A stretch of 64,000 nt of DNA from Candidatus Anderseniibacteriota bacterium (GTDB lineage: Bacteria; Patescibacteriota; Andersenbacteria; UBA10190): assembly GCA_021414205.1 (NCBI GenBank), contig JAIOOW010000003.1, positions 128,048-192,047 on the forward strand. The letters are read 5' to 3'. The first letter of the stretch is position 1. Each line of letters begins with the position of its first letter. This document shows positions 18,342-25,790 of the stretch, piece by piece. The notes beneath the pieces were generated by a model. It was not told where the DNA came from, did not search any database, and saw nothing but the letters and a program-made list of their open reading frames with translations. Made by a program: the position numbers and the translations under genes.

Positions 18342-19019
18342 TTATACGATTGCGTGTTCGATATCGCGCACAAAACTTTCTAGTGCCTGCATTACCGCGG
18401 AATTATCTTTGAGTGTGAGCATAAGCGCATGTACTTCGTGCGCCGTTGCTTGTGATAATCCTATTGCGCGCGAAAAAGCCATGCGAGATTCGTCATTCGG
18501 TTTGCTTGTAAAGTATGTCTGTAGGACGTCATGCCATCTTCGCACGCTCGCTCGCTCATGCACGTAATACAATTCATCGTGGTGAATAGTGCGTAGCGCT
18601 TTTCGGACTACGTCCCAGTCCGCAAAGGCATCGTACAAAAGCTCATCTTCTATAAGAGTTCTTGCATACGGTACAAGGATATGATCGGGGATTCGTTCTG
18701 TTGCCAATTGATGCGCATCGAATCTCGTATGCATATCGTCGATCCATGCATGAACGCGAACGCCGGTTAGAAAATCATTTGATCCGCGCAGCGTTGATAA
18801 TGTGACTCCTTGTACGTGAATGGGGTGTCGTGGCTGTATCGCAATTCTTCTGATGCTGGGGAATATAACACCGTTCCAGTATGATGCATGCGATACATCC
18901 TCACGAAGGTACGATAACAGCCGTGCCGCATATACTATATGTGAAATTTCACCCACCATGAAGATAAGTGTACCATGATGGTATGAGCTATAAGGGTGGT
19001 CTATATATAATAGTGGCAA
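18342..19019 (-). CDS. Hypothetical protein (225 aa), His/Trp-rich, no recognised family
   Basis: Clean ORF ending at the bidirectional terminator. No recognisable motif; start uncertain. Confidence 0.45.
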   Translation of the reverse strand: MPLLYIDHPYSSYHHGTLIFMVGEISHIVYAARLLSYLREDVSHASYWNGVIFPSIRRIAIQPRHPIHVQGVTLSTLRGSNDFLTGVRVHAWIDDMHTRFDAHQLATERIPDHILVPYARTLIEDELLYDAFADWDVVRKALRTIHHDELYYVHERASVRRWHDVLQTYFTSKPNDESRMAFSRAIGLSQATAHEVHALMLTLKDNSAVMQALESFVRDIEHAIV

Positions 19020-19648
19020 TCATTGCATCCTGTGTTTTTGCTACTCATGCAGCGCATGCGCAAAGCAGTCTTGCTGCGGAGCAGATTCAGATAGATGCAA
19101 GCAGTGTTCCGCAGTTTCATCGATCATGGTGGCAGACGTTGCTTTCGTATGTAGGCCTTAAGAGTAATAATGGGGCGCCTCTGCCGGTAGGTACGACATT
19201 TCATGTCACTTCAAGTGCGTATGCTCCATCGAAGTATCAGACAGATGCAAACCCTTGTGTTACTGCTGCTGGGACTATTGTTCGACCCGGTGTTGTTGCA
19301 ACAAATTTTTTGCCATTAGGGACCATTCTTGCAATCAGCGGAGATGTTCAAAAATATATCGTTGAAGATCGAATGAACGCTCGATACAAAGGGTACTATA
19401 TGGATATTTGGTTTCCTTCTACCAGCAAGGCGCTGGAGTTTGGTAGAAAAAAGCTCGATATTACTATTGTTGCGTATGGGAAGCCGGGCGATCCGCTTAT
19501 ACTTCCAACACCTACGCCCTTGGTACAGCCAGCAAGTAGTAGTAAGAAGAATATTTGGAATTCTCTGGCGGATTCGGCAGTATTGATTGGAAAGCTTCTT
19601 ATGAGTAAAACAGATCCAAATCACTATGATGTTACGTGTTCTCAGTAA
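18968..19648 (+). CDS. Secreted 3D-domain protein (MltA/YabE-like double-psi beta-barrel cell-wall protein)
   Basis: Signal peptide. C-terminal 3D-domain features HVTSSAYAP...DANPCVTAAGTIVRPGVVATNFLPLGTILAI..YIVEDRMNARYKGYYMDIWF. Overlaps the following VanW gene. Confidence 0.7.
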   Translation: MYHDGMSYKGGLYIIVAIIASCVFATHAAHAQSSLAAEQIQIDASSVPQFHRSWWQTLLSYVGLKSNNGAPLPVGTTFHVTSSAYAPSKYQTDANPCVTAAGTIVRPGVVATNFLPLGTILAISGDVQKYIVEDRMNARYKGYYMDIWFPSTSKALEFGRKKLDITIVAYGKPGDPLILPTPTPLVQPASSSKKNIWNSLADSAVLIGKLLMSKTDPNHYDVTCSQ

Positions 19649-20771
19649 ATATATTATCGCATTAGCACTTGTTATTCCGTTTGCCCATGCAGACGCTCGG
19701 GATGTATTGCTCGATACCGTTTCAATTCCTTCGGATAAGGTTGCTGCAATTAAGCAGCAGGGAATAATCTTTGCGTATAAAACAAAAACTTGGACGCTTA
19801 CTGCAAAACAAGCGCAGTCGTTGTATAAAACAATTTCCAATGGCGATGGTACGTATGCACTGCAACTAAAACCAGGAGCAATTTATTCGTATCTCAATAT
19901 TTATATTTCTCCTAAAGTAAACGATATTGGAGAGCAGAGTAGGTTTGTGCGCGATGCGAATGGTGATGTTGTTCTTGTGCATGGTGGCCGGAAAGGCAGT
20001 ATCGTAGATGGTATTAAGACATCGCTTGCGCTCCGCAGCGCATTAGTAAAAGGGCAAACGAAAGTTGCGGTATCGATGAAAGAATATCGCCCCTCAATAT
20101 TTTCTGCAGACGATTTTGCAAAGCTTCGGTTCCCGAACCTGCTCACAACAGGCACTACCAGTTTTGCCGGGAGCCCATCTAACCGCATTCATAATATTAT
20201 AGTCGGAACAGAAAAGTTTAATGGTGTTGCAGTAATGCCAGGGGAAACGTTCTCGTTTAATAATTATTTGGGGCAGGTAGATGCTGAGAACGGATATTTG
20301 CCGGAGTTAGTTATTAAAGAAAATGTCACCACTCCAGAATTCGGTGGGGGAATCTGCCAGATTTCTACTACAGCGTTTCGCGCAGCTGTATATGCGGGAT
20401 TAGAAGTAACGGATCGCCATAATCATTCGTATCCGGTGTCGTATTATGGGGCTCCGGGGTTTGATGCAACGGTATATGAGCCTAATCCAGATTTTAAGTT
20501 TAAAAACGATATGAAAACACCAATCCTCCTAAAAACGTCCGTTATAGGCTCAAAAGTAAACTTTGAAGTATGGGGAACTGCCGATGGCAGAACTGTGCAG
20601 GTTAATGGCCCGTTCGTGACAGAGAAAAAGCCAGATGGCTCTCTTACGACGGCTCTTGCGCAGATCGTAACAAAAGCAGGGAAGACGATTCGGGAGGCAA
20701 ATTTTGTATCGCATTATCAGCCTGCAAGTAAATTTCCTCACGTAACAGCGGCAAACGGAGAGAAGTCATAA
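19626..20771 (+). CDS. VanW-family protein (paralogue 1)
   Basis: Conserved VanW core GETFSFNNYLG..NGY, GGGICQISTTAFRAAVYAGLEVTDRHNHSY, GFDATVY. N-terminal signal peptide. Confidence 0.85.
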   Translation: MMLRVLSKYIIALALVIPFAHADARDVLLDTVSIPSDKVAAIKQQGIIFAYKTKTWTLTAKQAQSLYKTISNGDGTYALQLKPGAIYSYLNIYISPKVNDIGEQSRFVRDANGDVVLVHGGRKGSIVDGIKTSLALRSALVKGQTKVAVSMKEYRPSIFSADDFAKLRFPNLLTTGTTSFAGSPSNRIHNIIVGTEKFNGVAVMPGETFSFNNYLGQVDAENGYLPELVIKENVTTPEFGGGICQISTTAFRAAVYAGLEVTDRHNHSYPVSYYGAPGFDATVYEPNPDFKFKNDMKTPILLKTSVIGSKVNFEVWGTADGRTVQVNGPFVTEKKPDGSLTTALAQIVTKAGKTIREANFVSHYQPASKFPHVTAANGEKS

Positions 20772-20932
20772 AGGGGCAACAGACTTGCCTAAATGAGAAT
20801 TGTATGCAATACTAGCGGTACGAGGGTCCAAACGACTCTAAACGCGACGTAAGAAGCATTCGTTCGAAGATATCGAGCGTCAAGCAATAAGCGTTATGAC
20901 CTCGATATTTTAAACGAAAGGCGGTGATTTGT

Positions 20933-21223
20933 ATGAATTCATTTAACAATGCAGATCGACAAATGTTCGATGCTACTTGTTCAAAGTGTGGGAACGAAAC
21001 TCAGGTTCCGTTCCAACCATCAGGTGACCGACCAGTCTACTGTAACGACTGTTTCCGCGAGATGCGAGGACAGCAAACAGGAGGTGCTGGACGACCAATG
21101 GGGGATCGACAGATGTTCGACGCAGTATGCGCGACGTGTGGAGCTCCAACTCAGGTTCCGTTCCAACCATCTGAAGGGCGACCGGTATATTGCCGAGAGC
21201 ACTACAAGCGAGACCGAATGTAA
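20933..21223 (+). CDS. Small tandem zinc-ribbon protein (2 x C-x2-C-G-x14-P-V-Y-C-x2-C)
   Basis: Two repeats: DRQMFDATCSKCGNETQVPFQPSGDRPVYCNDCFRE and DRQMFDAVCATCGAPTQVPFQPSEGRPVYCREHYKRD. A 23-nt exact DNA repeat (actcaggttccgttccaaccatc) shows an internal duplication. SD AAAGGCGG lies 8 nt upstream. The track start at 20924 uses GTG. Confidence 0.65.
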   Translation: MNSFNNADRQMFDATCSKCGNETQVPFQPSGDRPVYCNDCFREMRGQQTGGAGRPMGDRQMFDAVCATCGAPTQVPFQPSEGRPVYCREHYKRDRM

Positions 21224-21240
21224 TCCATTCGTTATCGAAC

Positions 21241-21267
21241 AAAAAGTCCCCGAAAGGGGATTTTTTG
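21241..21267 (+). terminator. Rho-independent terminator after the zinc-ribbon gene
   Basis: AAAAAGTCCCC-gaaa-GGGGATTTTTT hairpin followed by a T-run. Confidence 0.75.
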
Positions 21268-21358
21268 TTTGCTAAAAATAGTATCTCTGCTACCGTTTTG
21301 CCTAGAGGAGGCGATGTTCGCCTCCTATGTAATTGTTCTTCGAAAATTGAGGTAAATC

Positions 21359-22402
21359 ATGACGCAGCAAACCGCGTATGAATCGGCAGGCGTTAATATT
21401 GATGCAGGCGAGCATTTTGTTCGATTGATTCGTGATCGCATTCAGGCAGCATGGCCAGGTGCTGAGAGGGAGATTGGCGGCTTTGCCGGGCAGTTTCGCC
21501 TTGGGGGTAAGTACAACGGTATGGCGTGCACTGATGGGTCTGGGACAGTCGCAATTCTGTGCGCTCTTACAGAGAGGTGGGAGACGCTGGGACAAAATGC
21601 TGCAGCGATGACGCTTGTTGATCTGTTTGTAGCCGGAGCGCGACCGAACGCATTGTTGGACGTACTTGATGTGGCAAAGCTGAACCCAGAAAAACACATT
21701 GGCATTATTGATGGGATGATCACTGGATGCAAAATGGCGGATTCAAGATGCATGTTGATTGGTGGCGAAACTGCCGAATTGCCAGACATGTTTGCGCAAT
21801 CATGGATGGTGAATGTGAATACAACTGCTATCGGAACCCCTCGATACGACAACGGTTCTTCTGAATCTGTGGGGGCTGGCCAAATAGTATGCGGGTGGCC
21901 TTCAAATGGTTTTGGTTCGAATGGTTTTTCGCTGGTACGCAAAGTATTCGGGCTAAGAGGAGATCCTGCGGATATGTTGAATAAACTGGATGAAGTATGG
22001 TCGGATCTTGGTATGTCGCTCGCAGATGCTATATTACAACCAACTCCTATCTGGATTTCCGAGATTGAGAATAACAGTATAGGCGTAGGCCTTGCAGCGC
22101 ACGCCCACATTACAGGAGGAGGATTGGTTGGCAATATTCCACGCATTCTTCCGCCGGATATGAAAGTCGTTCTCGATCGTTCGCGATGGAAACGGCCACC
22201 AATCTTTAAGCTGACGCAAAAAGTTGGGGACATTCCAGAAGAAGAAATGAATCGAGTCTTTAATCAAGGACTGATGATGGTTTCGATTGCGAGGCAAGGG
22301 TTTACAAGACATGGTTCCCAATTCTGCCAGGATATTGGGGTGGTGGAAGCAAGGAAGGGAAATGAGCCACAAGTCCAATTCATTGGAAAATTCCAGTCGT
22401 GA
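21359..22402 (+). CDS. purM: Phosphoribosylformylglycinamidine cyclo-ligase (AIR synthetase)
   Basis: Colinear with E. coli PurM: AYESAGVNIDAG, GGETAELPDMF, HITGGGLVGNIPRILP. Confidence 0.85.
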   Translation: MTQQTAYESAGVNIDAGEHFVRLIRDRIQAAWPGAEREIGGFAGQFRLGGKYNGMACTDGSGTVAILCALTERWETLGQNAAAMTLVDLFVAGARPNALLDVLDVAKLNPEKHIGIIDGMITGCKMADSRCMLIGGETAELPDMFAQSWMVNVNTTAIGTPRYDNGSSESVGAGQIVCGWPSNGFGSNGFSLVRKVFGLRGDPADMLNKLDEVWSDLGMSLADAILQPTPIWISEIENNSIGVGLAAHAHITGGGLVGNIPRILPPDMKVVLDRSRWKRPPIFKLTQKVGDIPEEEMNRVFNQGLMMVSIARQGFTRHGSQFCQDIGVVEARKGNEPQVQFIGKFQS

Positions 22403-22420
22403 TACGAAAAAGATTCACTG

Positions 22421-22457
22421 TTGAATCTCGCGGGTGCCCAACAAACACCCGTTTTTA
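22421..22457. terminator. Rho-independent terminator at the convergent purM/ydjM junction
   Basis: CGGGTG-cccaacaaa-CACCCG stem-loop followed by TTTTTA. Confidence 0.55.
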
Positions 22458-23021
22458 TTTAAATAAATGCACGAGTGTCTGCCAGTGGCTGGAGAGTAAT
22501 AAAAATCCCACAACGAGCAATGCTCCGCGGACTAAAAATAATTCTACGAAGCTTCCAGTAGTAACGCGAAGTTCTTCAGGGCCAGGCGGTAATTTTAAGC
22601 TCCAAGGGATTGGCCATAGCCACGGAACACCTTGATCGGTCAGTGTGTCTGCGATCGGATGGGAGATGTATCCGATTAAGAATGCAGCAAGAACTATGAA
22701 TGCTTGAGGGTAAAATTCAGGTTGAATAAATGTGAGAATAATCCAGCGTAACATAAGGGCGATGATCGCAATTCCGAGCAAGCTGTGTGTAAAATGGCGA
22801 TGTCCGCCTGAAACTGCAGAGAATAGCTTATGAACAGTCTTACCTCCTAATGTTCTGCGAAATAAGCTCGCTGTCGGTTGGTCCAAATCCGGTGTAAGCG
22901 CGCCGACCATGACTGCAAATATTGCAATAATTGCTAACACTGGTCCTAATGAAACGGGGTAGGAGAGCAGTACCCAGAATGCTGCGATAAGTGCGATCAT
23001 CTGATGCGTAGTTCCGGTCAT
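22455..23021 (-). CDS. Membrane-bound metal-dependent hydrolase, YdjM/DUF457-like
   Basis: Polytopic membrane protein with scattered His motifs (MTGTTHQM..., GGHRHFTHSLLG, ISHPIADTLTD). The start at MTGTTHQ is chosen rather than the track start at 23195. Confidence 0.55.
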   Translation of the reverse strand: MTGTTHQMIALIAAFWVLLSYPVSLGPVLAIIAIFAVMVGALTPDLDQPTASLFRRTLGGKTVHKLFSAVSGGHRHFTHSLLGIAIIALMLRWIILTFIQPEFYPQAFIVLAAFLIGYISHPIADTLTDQGVPWLWPIPWSLKLPPGPEELRVTTGSFVELFLVRGALLVVGFLLLSSHWQTLVHLFK

Positions 23022-23074
23022 GTGGTGGAGTATATACTGTTGTGGGAATCTTGGTATATGCCCATACTCTATAT

Positions 23075-23743
23075 ATGAACAAGGCGCTGGTCGTAATTGC
23101 ACTAGGAGTGGTCGCATTTGTGGGGATGGCCGCATTTCTATCAACAAGAAAACAAGATAATTCAAATCCAACACCGACAGCATCTTCTGTTGCATCCGTT
23201 GCGCCAGTAGTGCGTGAAGAGCAGGCGACTACAACTCCGTCTGCAGTTCCGAATACTGCCCTCGCGTATCCGATCGGGGATTTCAAGAACAGGATTACAA
23301 AAAAGTTTTTTGGAACATACGTAACGCCGAACAATTCTCCTGTTCAACCGGAAAAGTTTACCGGATACCATACCGGGGTCGATGTTGAGTATACGGATAT
23401 TGATACGGATGTTCCGGTATATGCAATCTCGGATGGCACTGTATTGCTGGCCCGCTGGGCATCCGGATACGGCGGAGTGATTGCAATTCAACACAAGATA
23501 AACGGCCAGCCTGTCATCGCAATCTACGGCCACGTGAACCCTGAGCAGCTTCCAAAAGTAGGGCAGAAAGTAGTAAAAGGACAAAAGATAGGTATTCTAG
23601 GTAAGGGGTATAGCCATGAAACGGACGGCGAGCGAAAGCATCTGCATTTTGGATTAGTAAAAGGGGTAAAGTTTACCTTACTCGGATATGTACCGAATAA
23701 ATCCCAACTTTCCGCATGGATCGATCCGATGACGGTGTTTTAA
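23075..23743 (+). CDS. M23-family (LytM-domain) peptidoglycan endopeptidase with N-terminal membrane anchor
   Basis: HTGVDVEY...SDGTVLLARW.SGYGGVIAIQH....VIAIYGHVNPE.L.KVGQKVVKGQKIGILG..G.....HLHFGL is the canonical HxxxD / HxH M23 signature. Confidence 0.85.
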   Translation: MNKALVVIALGVVAFVGMAAFLSTRKQDNSNPTPTASSVASVAPVVREEQATTTPSAVPNTALAYPIGDFKNRITKKFFGTYVTPNNSPVQPEKFTGYHTGVDVEYTDIDTDVPVYAISDGTVLLARWASGYGGVIAIQHKINGQPVIAIYGHVNPEQLPKVGQKVVKGQKIGILGKGYSHETDGERKHLHFGLVKGVKFTLLGYVPNKSQLSAWIDPMTVF

Positions 23744-23838
23744 AAATGCTCCTGCGCTCCAAGTAGGAATTTGTATAGTAAGTATAGGTGGTATGGAGGT
23801 TCCGTTTCTGCTCTCTATCCAATGAAAGGGGGTGTGTG

Positions 23839-24039
23839 ATGCAGAATAATGACGTGCCGGAAATTCTGGTTCGGCTGGAGAAAATGGATCCCAAAGACTT
23901 TGATGTCCGGGATTACCGAGAATTAATGCAACGATTTCATGATTGGAATTTGAGCGGGTCGCCGTACGCTGACCGGGCGAAGACGATTTTGCGAAAGGCG
24001 AGTGGGTGTTTTACTGCAGATCAGTTACGGATTAAGTAA
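23839..24039 (+). CDS. Small hypothetical protein (about 66 aa)
   Basis: ORF only. No motif and weak support. Confidence 0.25.
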   Translation: MQNNDVPEILVRLEKMDPKDFDVRDYRELMQRFHDWNLSGSPYADRAKTILRKASGCFTADQLRIK

Positions 24040-24175
24040 GGAAGTAGCCATGTCTTATCCTGCTCATGGACGAAGGTTATACCGCGTGGATTAAATTCTT
24101 TCTTTTTAAGAACCCACGCTATTTCTTTTGAGAAAAAATGGACAAGATTGATATAAAGTGCTAAAAACTGTATAC

Positions 24176-24247
24176 GGCTTCATCGTCTAACGGCTAGGAC
24201 GCTGCCCTTTCAAGGCGGAAACAGGGGTTCGATTCCCCTTGGAGCTA
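24176..24247 (+). tRNA. tRNA-Glu (anticodon TTC)
   Basis: GGCTTCATCGTCTAACGGCTAGGACGCTGCCCTTTCAAGGCGGAAACAGGGGTTCGATTCCCCTTGGAGCTA. Colinear with E. coli tRNA-Glu (D-arm GTCTA..GGC.AGGAC, anticodon loop CTTTCAA). Acceptor stem has two G.U pairs. Confidence 0.75.
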
Positions 24248-24254
24248 CAAATTC

Positions 24255-25292
24255 ATGAAAAAGAGTACAACTATACTGGCAATTGAATCTTCGTGCGATG
24301 ACACTGGTATTGCTGTGCTGCGCAAAGAAGGGGATTCTGTTGAGGTGTTGGCTAGCTTAGTGACGTCGCAAGACATTCATGCAGCTACGGGGGGAGTGAT
24401 TCCCGAAGAGGCCGCAAAAGAGCATCTTCGCGTTATAAGCCCGATGGTTACGGCTGTTATGGGAGATGCTAGGGTTGGTAAAGAGGATATTGATGCCATT
24501 GCACTCACCGTTGGGCCTGGGTTGATGCCGTCGCTTGCTATTGGGGTGCAAGCGGGGAAGGTGCTGGCATATGCGTGGGATAAGCCTATTGTCCCGGTGC
24601 ATCACATCGAAGGGCATGTGTATTCCGCGCTCCTTATGGGAAAGCAAGAATTCCCGGCGCTTGCCGTTATTATTTCCGGCGGGCACACCATGCTTATAAA
24701 AGTTGATAACTATTTATCGTACACAATACTTGGGCAGACGCGGGATGATGCAGTAGGGGAAGTGTTCGATAAAGTAGCTCGCATGCTGGGCTTAGGGTAT
24801 CCGGGCGGTCCGAAAGTAAGCGCGCTTGCAATCAAAGGAAATCCGAATGCGTATGATTTTCCTCGCCCGATGGAGCATTCTCATGACTTAGATTTTAGCT
24901 ATTCCGGATTAAAGACCGCTGTTTTGTATCAGATTCGCGATATAGGCGACGCAATAATAGAAGAGGATCGAGCAAATATTGCTGCCAGCTTTCAGCAGGC
25001 GATATGCGATTCTGTTGCAGGCAAAATTAAGCATGCGCTTACACAAGGCGAATATAAAAGCATCCTCTTTGCGGGCGGAGTTGCTGCAAATACGGCATTG
25101 CGAGATCGAATTGCAGAAATTGCGGACAATAAGCGCATTTTATTGCACGTTGCCCCTCGGGAATTGTGTGGAGATAATGCAGTTATGATCGGGCAAGCAG
25201 GCGTGTACGCGTATGAAGCAGGAAGGTTGGAAAGCTGGAAAGACGTCGACGCCGTTGCGCGAATTTCTATCGAAAAATTTTCGTTACATTAA
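24255..25292 (+). CDS. tsaD: tRNA N6-adenosine threonylcarbamoyltransferase TsaD (Kae1/Gcp)
   Basis: ILAIESSCDDTGIAVL and HHIEGHVYSALL (metal-binding HxxH) plus overall Gcp architecture, 345 aa. Confidence 0.9.
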   Translation: MKKSTTILAIESSCDDTGIAVLRKEGDSVEVLASLVTSQDIHAATGGVIPEEAAKEHLRVISPMVTAVMGDARVGKEDIDAIALTVGPGLMPSLAIGVQAGKVLAYAWDKPIVPVHHIEGHVYSALLMGKQEFPALAVIISGGHTMLIKVDNYLSYTILGQTRDDAVGEVFDKVARMLGLGYPGGPKVSALAIKGNPNAYDFPRPMEHSHDLDFSYSGLKTAVLYQIRDIGDAIIEEDRANIAASFQQAICDSVAGKIKHALTQGEYKSILFAGGVAANTALRDRIAEIADNKRILLHVAPRELCGDNAVMIGQAGVYAYEAGRLESWKDVDAVARISIEKFSLH

Positions 25293-25790
25293 TTCTTTAC
25301 TGGTAGCGGATGGGCTAACGGAATCTCGGATGGTAAGGAGTACGGATCGGCGGAGGCGGGCGCATGAATCGTGAGAACATTTTGCCAAATGGTTTGCAAC
25401 AACAGTGAAATTTTTATTTTCGCTGATATTCATTGCATGTTTTGGTCCGTACAAAAATGATTGGCATTCCATGCACCCTAATAGGGCATTTTCTGAAAAC
25501 AGCCATTTAATTTTTGCGTACATGCTTTCTCGAACTTTTTTTCGAAGTCCTTGGCAGTCTTTCTTTCTGCAATCGCTCAAGTGCTCGAGCGCATTACGGA
25601 ATCCTACTTGTCCTGCAACGGAGAACACGAATGCCGGCATGCACGATTTATGCGCTTCGCTGCATGTAAATCCTTCAGATTTTTCTTCTTGCCCTACTAC
25701 GCTTACCGATTCAATTGCAATTGTGTATGACATGTATTTCCACATCATAACGTAGGCCCATCATGTCCGCTAGATTGATTTTTAAGCATC

